Below, piece after piece: positions 9,941 through 18,508 of a stretch of 64,000 bases of DNA. Origin of the DNA: Candidatus Eiseniibacteriota bacterium (GTDB lineage: Bacteria > Eisenbacteria > RBG-16-71-46 > JABDJR01); the NCBI GenBank assembly GCA_963783375.1, contig CAWANH010000028.1, positions 1,696,001-1,760,000 on the forward strand. The letters run 5' to 3'. Made by a program: the position numbers and the translations under genes. How positions within the stretch are numbered: the first letter of the stretch is position 1; each line of letters starts with the position of its first letter. The notes under the pieces were generated by a model. It saw only the letters and a list, made by a program, of their open reading frames with translations, did no database searches and was not told the origin of the DNA.

Positions 9941-10552
9941 TCAATTCATGACTTCGACGGTCGCCTGTCCCGCGGTGCGGTCGGTGATCTCGCGGAGAAA
10001 TGCGGGGAGGAGCCCCACCGGCACATCGAACTCCGCCCGCACCTCCGCACCGTACTCCGAGGCCTCGGCGGTGAGCCCCAGGGCCACCGCCGCCCCACTC
10101 ACCGCCCCCGACAGCTCGTAACCGTGGCTCACCCGGACCCGGCGGGTCACCGCCACCGTCCGGATCCCGACCCGGTCGAGAACCTCCGCCGCGGCGGAGC
10201 CGTAGGCCCGGACCAGCCCGCCGACTCCGAGCTTCACCCCCCCGAAATAGCGCACCACCACCACCGTCGCGTCCACCAGGTCCCGACCCTCGATCTCGCG
10301 GAGGATCGGGCGGCCGGCGGAACCGGAGGGTTCGCCGTCATCGTTGGCCCGGAACGTCCCGCCCGCCGGCCCGATGCGCCACGCCGAGCAATGGTGCCGG
10401 GCGTCGGGATAGTCCCGGCGCGCCGCCTCCACCAGCGCTCCGGCTTCGGCCGCGCTCCGGGTGGGAGCCGCCCGGGCGATGAATCGCGACCCCTTGATCT
10501 TGGGGATCTCGTGCTCCGCCGCCCCGGCGGGAGTGCGGTATTCCTCGATCAT
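9941..10552 (-). CDS. YigZ/IMPACT family protein
   Basis: IKGSRFIA, ARHHCSAW, DDGEPSGSAGRPIL, VRYFGGVKLGVGGLVRAY. Confidence 0.9.
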   Translation of the reverse strand: MIEEYRTPAGAAEHEIPKIKGSRFIARAAPTRSAAEAGALVEAARRDYPDARHHCSAWRIGPAGGTFRANDDGEPSGSAGRPILREIEGRDLVDATVVVVRYFGGVKLGVGGLVRAYGSAAAEVLDRVGIRTVAVTRRVRVSHGYELSGAVSGAAVALGLTAEASEYGAEVRAEFDVPVGLLPAFLREITDRTAGQATVEVMN

Positions 10553-10591
10553 CGGTTCACGTCCCGCGGCGCGGGCAACGGCCGCCTCGGC

Positions 10592-13500
10592 CTACCGCCC
10601 CGACTTGTCCGGGTAAGGGGGCGGGGTCGGCGCCGGCACCGGGTTCTCCCGGATCTCCTGCTGGAGGAGCTTCACCGCCGCCTCGATCTGCGCGTCCTTC
10701 CCCCCGAAGGTGGCATGGGGGAGGTTGTCCACCGTGATGTCCGGCTCCACCCCGTGTCCCTCGATCAGCCACGCCCCCTGGGGGCCGTAGACCCCGTACT
10801 CCGCCGCGGTGGCGATGCCCCCGTCCACCAGGAAGTTGCTGGAGCTGAGCCAGATCTCCCCGCCCCAGGTGCGGGTGCCGATCACCTTCCCCAGCCCCAG
10901 CCGGCGGAACCCCTCGGAGAAGAGCTCGCCGTCGGAGGCGGTGCGCTCGTCGCAGAGCACCACCATGTGGCCGCGGAAGGCGTACTGCATGTTCCAGGTC
11001 GGGGAGCTCCCCACCGGCTGGCTCCAATAGGACCACGCCTTCCGCATGAGCTTCTCCAGGATCCAGCTGTCGATGTTCCCCCCGTTGTTGTGGCGGACGT
11101 CCACGATCAGCCCGTCCCGGGTGAAGACCGGATAATAGTCCCGGGCCCAGTTGGTGTAGTCGTTCGCTCCCATGGCCCGGAGGTGCACGTAGCCGATCCG
11201 GCCGGTGGAGAGCGAATCGACCATCAGCCGGCGGGTGTACTCCCACTCGTCGTAGCGGAGATCGGAATCCCGGCGCGAGGTGATCGGGACCGCCACCACT
11301 TCCCGCTCGGAACCCGACGCCGGCTTCACGTGGAGGAGCACCTGCTTTCCCGCCTGGTTCCGGAGCAGCGCGCCCAGGTCCGGGGCGGAGAGCGCCGGGG
11401 TCCCGTTCACCGTGGTGATCACGTCGCCCTCGACCACGTTCACCTCGGGGCGGGCCAGGGGGGCGGCGGATTCGGGTTCATCGGGATCGGTGCGGTACAC
11501 GTGGGTCACGCGGTACCCGCCCGAGGCCTCGTCGCGGGCGAACACCGCGCCCAGGGATGCGTTGCCGATCTCGTCCTCCCCTTTGCGCATCTCCCCTCCG
11601 TACACGAAGATGTGAAGGGCGGAGAGTTCGGAGACCATCTGGCCCAGGATGTCGGACAGCTCCTCGCGCGAGGTCACCCGGTCCACCAGGGGGCGGTACT
11701 TGGTCCGCATGGCCGGCCAGTCCACCCCGTTCATCCCCGGATCGTAGAAGTAGTCACGCTCCAGGCGCCAGGCCTCGTCGAACATCTGGCGCCACTCCTC
11801 CCGGGGAACCACCGACAGCATCCACCCCGAGAGGTCCACGCCGGCCTTCTCCAGGTCGGCGGGCTTGGGCTCGGCGTCGACGACGAAGAACCCGTCTCCC
11901 TTCCGCACCAGGAGCTTCTTCCCGTCCTGGGAGAGTTCGTAGCCCGTCACGTCCTCGAGGACGGTCTTGGTCTCGAGATCCCGGTTGGTGATGGGGGCGC
12001 CCGTGAGCTTCCGCTTGGTCTCGGTGGGGGGGACGGAGATCCAGAACAGCGCCTTGTCGGTGGCGGTGAGGCTCCCGTAGTTCCCGGGGGGGACCGGCAC
12101 CTGTTCGATCCGGGCCTGGATTCCGTCCCGGTCGATGGTGACCGTGGGGGGGCCTTCGGCCGCCTTGGCCGCCTCTTTCTCCTTGGGGGCGTTCTTCCGT
12201 CGCGACGCGGCGGTGTCCTTCTTCTCCCCGGGTTTCGCCGCCTCGTCCTTCGATCCCTCCAGCTCGTCGGGAGGGGCGAAGGGGGAGCGAAGGCCCTTCA
12301 CCAGGGGGATCTGATAGATCTCGGTGGTCTTGGCGAGGTAGGGCTCGGGCTGGTAGCTCCCCCACACGCTTCGGACCGAGGAGGTGAGGTTCCGGTCCGA
12401 GAGCAGGTAGAGCCGCTTGCCATCGGGGCTCCAGGCCGGGCTATAGCTGTCGAAGCGGTCGGTGGTGACCGGGGTGATGGATCCGTCGGCCAGGCTCAGG
12501 ACCATGATCCGCCGGAACTGGTTCGGGGCGACCTTCACGTAGGCCAGCCACCTGGAGTCGGGGGACCAGGCGAGGCCGGAGATCCGGTCCAGCTCGCTCG
12601 AGTCGACCTGGCGGTCGGCCTTCCGCTCCACGTCGTAGAGGAAGAGCCGCTGTTTCTTGTCGTCGTGGGCGATGAACTTCCCGTCGGGAGAGGGTAGCGC
12701 CTCCCAGCGAAGCGTCGTCCCGTCGTGGGTGAGCTGGGTCGGCGCCCCCACCCCGTTGGCGGGAAGCGTCCAGAGCTCGACTTCCCCCGACTGGTCGGAG
12801 AAGGCCAGGATCGACTTCCCGTCGGGCATGAACCGGGCGTCGCGGTAGCGGACCCCTTCCGCGCGCTCCACCTTCACGAACCGGCCCCGCTCCTTGGGGG
12901 CCACGAACACCTCGCCCCGGGCGGTCAGCGCCACCCGGTCGCCGTCCGGCGACGCGTGAGCCGCGGTGAGGTAGTCCATGGGCTTGTCGATCCAGTGCTC
13001 GCGGGTCTGGTCGAGATCCGATTCCAGGGAGATGGGGATCACGGCGTCCCGGTCGGCGGCGATGTCGTAGAGACGGATGTCCGCGCCGAGCTGGTAGACG
13101 ATCCGGCCGCCGTCGAGATAGGGCGACTGCACGTCCCAACCCTGATGGTGGGTGTGCTGCACGAGATCGCTCCCGTCCGGCTTCATGGACCAGAGGTTCA
13201 TGGTCCCGTCCCGGTCCGAGGCGAAGTAGATCCTCCCCTCCCACCACATCGGCCGCTTGCTGGTTCCGGGGTAATCGCCGGTGAGGGGCTCGGCTTCCGT
13301 CGCCCCCGCGGTGAACTTCCAGATGTTCTGGGCGGTCCCCCCCTTGTACCGCTTGGTATGGCTCCCCTGGAAGGCGAGCCGGGTGAAGTAGAGGGTGGCT
13401 CCGTCCGGATCGTAGGTTCCGTCCGCGGCCTGGGAGAGGGGGATCATGGCGCCCACCCCCGCGACGTCCGCGCCGCTCACGTCGATCAGCGCCAGCTGGT

Positions 13501-13903
13501 AGTCGGGGAGGGTGGCTCGCTCCCGGGTGTGGTAGATCACCTTCCCGTCGGGGGTCCACCCCACCACCACCGGCCGTACGGCCCCGTAGGTGCGGCGGAC
13601 GGGGAGCCCTCCGGCCAGGGGCATGGTGTAGACCTCGGCCGGGCCCTCGTAGGAGGCGGTGAAGGCCAGCACCGTCCCGTCGGGGGAGATCGCGGGGGTG
13701 CCCTCCTCCCCGGGGGCGGTGGTGAGCCTCGACGCGGTGCCGCCGGACACCGGTACCTTCCAGAGGTCGCCTTCGACGGCGAACACCAGGGTGCTTCCGG
13801 CCAGGGCGGGCTCCCGGTAGTACCCCATCGGAGAGGCGGAAACGAGGGAGGGAGTGACGAGGGCGAAGCCCAGGAGAGCGGCCAGACGGAGTCCGAAGCG
13901 CAT
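10592..13903 (-). CDS. Tricorn protease (peptidase S41B), secreted
   Basis: Signal peptide; PD40 beta-propeller repeats; PDZ-like domain; IGYVHL, DVRHNNGG, ASDGE (catalytic Ser), IGTRTWGG, EGHGVEPDI. Confidence 0.93.
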   Translation of the reverse strand: MRFGLRLAALLGFALVTPSLVSASPMGYYREPALAGSTLVFAVEGDLWKVPVSGGTASRLTTAPGEEGTPAISPDGTVLAFTASYEGPAEVYTMPLAGGLPVRRTYGAVRPVVVGWTPDGKVIYHTRERATLPDYQLALIDVSGADVAGVGAMIPLSQAADGTYDPDGATLYFTRLAFQGSHTKRYKGGTAQNIWKFTAGATEAEPLTGDYPGTSKRPMWWEGRIYFASDRDGTMNLWSMKPDGSDLVQHTHHQGWDVQSPYLDGGRIVYQLGADIRLYDIAADRDAVIPISLESDLDQTREHWIDKPMDYLTAAHASPDGDRVALTARGEVFVAPKERGRFVKVERAEGVRYRDARFMPDGKSILAFSDQSGEVELWTLPANGVGAPTQLTHDGTTLRWEALPSPDGKFIAHDDKKQRLFLYDVERKADRQVDSSELDRISGLAWSPDSRWLAYVKVAPNQFRRIMVLSLADGSITPVTTDRFDSYSPAWSPDGKRLYLLSDRNLTSSVRSVWGSYQPEPYLAKTTEIYQIPLVKGLRSPFAPPDELEGSKDEAAKPGEKKDTAASRRKNAPKEKEAAKAAEGPPTVTIDRDGIQARIEQVPVPPGNYGSLTATDKALFWISVPPTETKRKLTGAPITNRDLETKTVLEDVTGYELSQDGKKLLVRKGDGFFVVDAEPKPADLEKAGVDLSGWMLSVVPREEWRQMFDEAWRLERDYFYDPGMNGVDWPAMRTKYRPLVDRVTSREELSDILGQMVSELSALHIFVYGGEMRKGEDEIGNASLGAVFARDEASGGYRVTHVYRTDPDEPESAAPLARPEVNVVEGDVITTVNGTPALSAPDLGALLRNQAGKQVLLHVKPASGSEREVVAVPITSRRDSDLRYDEWEYTRRLMVDSLSTGRIGYVHLRAMGANDYTNWARDYYPVFTRDGLIVDVRHNNGGNIDSWILEKLMRKAWSYWSQPVGSSPTWNMQYAFRGHMVVLCDERTASDGELFSEGFRRLGLGKVIGTRTWGGEIWLSSSNFLVDGGIATAAEYGVYGPQGAWLIEGHGVEPDITVDNLPHATFGGKDAQIEAAVKLLQQEIRENPVPAPTPPPYPDKSGR

Positions 13904-14086
13904 GATGTTCCTCTTTGGAAGTGACAGGCAGCGGGCGGCGGGAGTGGGTTGGGGACCGTCGCGAGGCCCGAATGTCCAGGGCGGACCAGCCGGTGGATTA
14001 CACCCGATTCAGGGAGGGAAGGCAAGGGGGGTGGGACCGGGGGCCCGGCCCTCCGGTGATCCGGAGAGCCGGGTCCCGCGTCCGGA

Positions 14087-15667
14087 TCAGCGGAGGACCA
14101 GCACCTTGGCCGACGCCGTGCCGCGGTCGGTCCGGAGAAGGTAGAAGTAGACCCCGTTCGGCGCGCCCGCCGCGTTCCACTGGGCGGTATGGCTCCCCGC
14201 CGGGAGCGTCTGATCCACCAGGGTCTCCACCAGGCGGCCGGTCACCGCCACCACGTCGAGTCGCACCGTCGAGGCCTCGGGGAGATCGAACCCCGCGGCC
14301 TGGACCGGCGACGAGGGCCGGCTCATTGCGGTGACCGACGGAACGGGGCTCACCGAGGCGGCGGCCGCCTTCTTCCCGTTTCCGGGAAGGCGCAGCGTCG
14401 CGCAATCGGAGGCGGCGAGCGGCGTCCCGTCCAGGAGCGTCCCGGACAGGCTGAGCGCGCGTTCCTCGCCGTCGGTGACCGGGCCCAGGGCCGCGACCAG
14501 GTCCGAGGCGTCGAACTTGAGCTCCAGGTCCGTGAACCCGTCCTTGTGCCGCTTGCCGCAGGCGCATCCCTCACCCTCGGCGGGGGAGGTCACGTCGCGG
14601 AAGGACCACGCGATGGGGGCGATTCCCTCCAGGCGCAGGCTCATGGGATCCACGTCGTCCACGGAAAGCGCGCCGGTCCCCAGGAGGGCCGCCCACACCG
14701 TGCCCTGCTTCCGGGCGTTGAAGGAGTTGGGACAGGCCTCGGGCTGGAAGTCCATGGGGAACACCACCTCGCTCGGACCCTCGGCGGTGATCCAGACCCC
14801 GTCCGCCTCGTAGCTCACCTCGAAGGTGAAACCGGAACCGTCGCCGGGAAGGGTGACCGCGTCGAAGGCGCCGGCATAGCCCGAGGCCGCCACCACCTGG
14901 TACCGGTCCCCGTCGGCGGGGGCGTATCCCGGGGCCAGCGCCGCCACGAGGTTCCCACCCAGGCTCACCCCGCGGCTCCCGTCGGCGATCCGCAGCTGGT
15001 CGAAGCCCGTTCCCGGGTCGGTCCCGGCGAGATCGATCTCGAGCGTCCCGGGACTCCGCTGCTCGTAGCCGGCGGGAAGATCGCGCCCGATCCAGAGCAC
15101 GCCGGTGGCGCCGGGGGCGAGGCCCGGGCTTACCGTGCCGAGGTTCCGGAGCACCTGGCCGTCCAGGGAGCCGCCGTCCCCTTCCAGCCGACCTCCGGGC
15201 TGGAGGTCGAAGCCGAAGGTTCCGCCGGCCCCGTCCCGGAGGCCGGTGCCCGGCCGCAGGCAGATCGTGCCGTCGGCCCCGATGGTGTGGGGGCCGACCC
15301 CGTCCACCACCCCGCCGGCCAGGGTCAGCTTGGCCGGGAGCCCGGCGATCCCCACCGAGAGCATGGTATGGAAGGCGGCGTAGGTGGAGAGCGTGACCTC
15401 GCCGCTCACCACCTGGACCCCGGCCACCCCGCCGATGAGCGCGGCGTTGGAGGCGTCCACGGAATAGGAGCCGTCCAGGTTGAAGACGGCGAAGTCGAAG
15501 AAGAGGGAAGGATAACCGGGAGCGTTCCAGTTCCCGCTCTGGGCCCAGTTTCCGCCGTCGGGGTTCACCCAGCGGTAGGCGGCGGCTTGCGTGGCGGACG
15601 GAACCGAGGTCCCCAACCCCACCGCCGCCGCCACGACCACGAAGATGTTTCGGTGAAGAGCGCGCAT
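14087..15667 (-). CDS. Secreted mosaic surface protein with C-terminal FlgD/T9SS-like domain
   Basis: RBS AAAGGAG; signal peptide; W..GGNW...NW motif; GTLEIDLAG..PGTGFDQL module; C-terminal GRLVETLVD...WNA...GVYFYLL. Confidence 0.75.
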   Translation of the reverse strand: MRALHRNIFVVVAAAVGLGTSVPSATQAAAYRWVNPDGGNWAQSGNWNAPGYPSLFFDFAVFNLDGSYSVDASNAALIGGVAGVQVVSGEVTLSTYAAFHTMLSVGIAGLPAKLTLAGGVVDGVGPHTIGADGTICLRPGTGLRDGAGGTFGFDLQPGGRLEGDGGSLDGQVLRNLGTVSPGLAPGATGVLWIGRDLPAGYEQRSPGTLEIDLAGTDPGTGFDQLRIADGSRGVSLGGNLVAALAPGYAPADGDRYQVVAASGYAGAFDAVTLPGDGSGFTFEVSYEADGVWITAEGPSEVVFPMDFQPEACPNSFNARKQGTVWAALLGTGALSVDDVDPMSLRLEGIAPIAWSFRDVTSPAEGEGCACGKRHKDGFTDLELKFDASDLVAALGPVTDGEERALSLSGTLLDGTPLAASDCATLRLPGNGKKAAAASVSPVPSVTAMSRPSSPVQAAGFDLPEASTVRLDVVAVTGRLVETLVDQTLPAGSHTAQWNAAGAPNGVYFYLLRTDRGTASAKVLVLR

Positions 15668-16018
15668 GGCGGACTCCTTTTTCTTCACCGCGTCTTTCCG
15701 GCGACCGCTACTCACGCCCTCGCAAGTCGGCGGGAAGAAGCGGCAGACATGACAAGTGTTCGGCGGGTTGAGACGGGAGTTTGGGGGGAAGTCGGGGAAA
15801 TCATTGTCCGGTGGGGCTTATCCCGCGCTTCCTAGTGCGCATTTTCCGGGGTTGCGCCGGTTATTCCCGAACCTGGGATCGTGCGTATCGCACCGCGCTC
15901 CCGAGGATCTTCTCTTCTGCAAGACGGCGAGGCGGGGTGGGGAGAGGCGGCGGATGAATTGAGCCGGTCGCCGGCCGGGATGAGCCAAGTTTCCGGCATC
16001 GAGGCGTCAGAACCCGGA

Positions 16019-16384
16019 TCAGCTCTCGAAGGCCAGCCTGGCGTTCTCATTCTTGGAGAGGTAGACCAGGATCATGATGCCGGCCACCGTTCCGAAGGGG
16101 ATGAGGATGAGCTGAATGATCGCCATCATCTTGGCCGCCCCCCGGGACCAGTCCTTGAGCTGGAGAAGCCCCCATCCCACCACCGCGAAGGCGGCCCCGG
16201 TTCCGGCGATGGCCATCACCCCGATCATCATCCCGAAGGTACTGAGGAGCGCCCCGTGGAAGTCTCCGCCGGACCAGAGTCCGAGGAGCCCCACCCCCAT
16301 TCCGGCCAAGCCGAGCACGCAGCCTCCGGCAAGGATGAAATACCACACCGCAATCATGGTGACACCGTCGGGTCTACGTGCCAT
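16019..16384 (-). CDS. Hypothetical small membrane protein (~3-4 TM)
   Basis: MARRPDGVTMIAVWY start, hydrophobic helices, GWGLL..KDWSR, IPFGTV. Confidence 0.65.
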   Translation of the reverse strand: MARRPDGVTMIAVWYFILAGGCVLGLAGMGVGLLGLWSGGDFHGALLSTFGMMIGVMAIAGTGAAFAVVGWGLLQLKDWSRGAAKMMAIIQLILIPFGTVAGIMILVYLSKNENARLAFES

Positions 16385-16690
16385 GGCCAGCTCCGTGGGA
16401 ATGGAAGGAGGGTTCATCGAAACGCGGACGTCGCCGGCCCCGGCGATGCCCGGATCCCCCCAAGGAATCGATGAAACGCCCTTCTCGTCGACGACTCGCA
16501 TTCTAGTCGGGGTATACGTCGGCCACAACCTCCGGGTTGCACGATCTGGGAGCGGTCCGGCCGGCGGCCTCCGGCCCGGGGTTCCGGCCTGCCGGGGGGG
16601 TGCGCTCTCCCCGCGACTGCCGGTAAGGTAAGAGGAGAGCCCGCCGAACCGCAGAGACCACCAAGGAGCCGGCTGATCCGATCCGCATCA

Positions 16691-17497
16691 ATGCCCGCCG
16701 GAGACTTCCCGGGGGCCGAGTCCCATCCCCTGGACTACCCCGGGTCCCGGCCGCCCGGGAGCTACCTCTATGCCGCGGGCCGGGTCCATCCGTTCCGGCC
16801 GGGAGCGGGTGGAGCCGCGGGGATCGATCGCGCCGTCGCAGTTCGGGGCTCGGCGCCGGTGGCCGGGCGGGTCGCCGTCCTCGCCGTGGGATCCAACGCC
16901 TGTCCGGGCCGGCTCCTGGAGAAGTTCACCGCCGCGCCGGGGATGGTGATCCCGGTGCTCGCCGGCCGCATTCCGGAAGTGGCGTCGGTCCACATGCCGC
17001 GGCTCTCCGGGTACGCCGCGCTTCCCGCCACCGCCTGGCCTGTCCCCGGCGGCGAGAGCCGGCTCTGGGTCACCCTGCTCGACCCGGACCAGCTTTCGGT
17101 CATGGATGCGAGCGAGGGGGTGGGGGAGACCTACAAGCTGATCGCCCTCCCCGGGGCCTTCCGGCCCGAGGGGGGAGGCCGGGTCGGGCCGGTCTACGCC
17201 TATGCCTCGGGGAGCGCGCTCGCGATCGGCGGGGGACCGGTGCGCCTCTCGGCGTTCGAGAGCACCGCCCCATTCCCGGCCATGGACCAGCGCGAGGCGC
17301 TGGGACGGGCGCTGGATCTCGTGGGGGTGCTCCCCGGGCGACCGATCGAAGAGCGTCACCGCATGCTTCGCCTCGATCCCGGGCTCCGGAGCGAGGTGAC
17401 CGAGGGGCTTACCGCGGAACATGCAGCGCCCGCGCCCGGGTTCGAGAGCGTCCCGATCCGGCCGTCGGCGGTGGAGCCCGCGGCGTGGGAGGCATGA
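16691..17497 (+). CDS. Hypothetical protein, possible gamma-glutamylcyclotransferase-like fold
   Basis: VLAVGSNA resembles the GGCT AYGSN loop; MDASEG resembles the LDxxEG catalytic Glu motif. Confidence 0.55.
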   Translation: MPAGDFPGAESHPLDYPGSRPPGSYLYAAGRVHPFRPGAGGAAGIDRAVAVRGSAPVAGRVAVLAVGSNACPGRLLEKFTAAPGMVIPVLAGRIPEVASVHMPRLSGYAALPATAWPVPGGESRLWVTLLDPDQLSVMDASEGVGETYKLIALPGAFRPEGGGRVGPVYAYASGSALAIGGGPVRLSAFESTAPFPAMDQREALGRALDLVGVLPGRPIEERHRMLRLDPGLRSEVTEGLTAEHAAPAPGFESVPIRPSAVEPAAWEA

Positions 17498-17538
17498 TCG
17501 CCGCATTCCTTGTGAACCGTATTGAGAAGGAGCAACTC

Positions 17539-18480
17539 ATGAATCAAACCTGTCTCGTCCTCGGCGCCACCGGAAGCTTCGGAGGCGGCGTGGCCGCGGA
17601 GATGGCCCGGCGCGGATGGACGGTCCGGGCCGTGGCCCGAAACCCGGAAAAGGGAAGGCGCATTCACGGCGATCTTCCCATCCAGTGGATCCAGGGCGAC
17701 GTCCAGGACCCCGAGGCGCTCCGTCGCGCGGCGGAAGGGGTCGGGGTGGTGGTCCACGGGGTGAACTACCCCTACGACCGGTGGGTCCCGGCCATGGAGA
17801 CCGCCACCGCCGGCATCGCCGCCGCGGCGGAGGGGGCGGGGGCGACGGTGGTCTTCGCCGGAAACGTCTACAACCTGGGGGACCAGCAGGACGGGCCGCT
17901 GGCCGAGGACGCTCCCCACCGACCCCATACCAGGAAGGGGAACCTCCGGGAGAAGCTGGAGCGGTTCCTGGAGGAGAAGGCGAGGACGGGGGCGATCCGC
18001 GTCCTGATCGTACGCGCCGGCGACTATTTCGGGCCCACGGTGCGAAACGGCCTGGTCGATCCGGTGTTCGGAAACGCGGCCAGGGGGAAAGGCATGCAGG
18101 TCCTGGGGAACCCCGACATCCCCCACCAGTGGGCCTACATCCCCGACGTGGCACGGGCCACGGTGGATCTCCTGGGCCGGGAACTCGAACCGTTCGAGGT
18201 CGTCCATTTCGCGGGTCACGTGGCCGATCCCAACCGGGAGTTCCTCCGGCGGGTGGCGGAGGCGGCGGGCCACCCGGGGCTTTCGATCCGGACCATCCCC
18301 TGGTGGGTGCTCCGGATCATGGCTCTAGGGAACGGGGTGATCCGGGAGCTTCTCGAGATGCGCTACCTCTTCGACCACAGCATCGTGCTCGACGGCGCGA
18401 GGCTCCGACGGCTGCTCCCCGACTACCGGGACACCCCGGTGGAGGAGACGATCCGGGCCACCCTGGCCAGCTACCGGTGA
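17539..18480 (+). CDS. NAD(P)-dependent epimerase/dehydratase (atypical SDR)
   Basis: RBS AAGGAG; VLGATGSFGGGV; GNVYNLG; RAGDYFGP; WAYIPDVARA. Confidence 0.88.
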   Translation: MNQTCLVLGATGSFGGGVAAEMARRGWTVRAVARNPEKGRRIHGDLPIQWIQGDVQDPEALRRAAEGVGVVVHGVNYPYDRWVPAMETATAGIAAAAEGAGATVVFAGNVYNLGDQQDGPLAEDAPHRPHTRKGNLREKLERFLEEKARTGAIRVLIVRAGDYFGPTVRNGLVDPVFGNAARGKGMQVLGNPDIPHQWAYIPDVARATVDLLGRELEPFEVVHFAGHVADPNREFLRRVAEAAGHPGLSIRTIPWWVLRIMALGNGVIRELLEMRYLFDHSIVLDGARLRRLLPDYRDTPVEETIRATLASYR

Positions 18481-18508
18481 AGCGGCCGGGGCTCAGGTGG
18501 CCCGGTGA

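Noticed and set aside
16540-16690. Glycine or cobalamin riboswitch (GGAGAG..CCGAA; CCCCGCGACTG)
   Set aside because: Only fragments match; the CTCTCAGG element and the B12-box architecture are missing.
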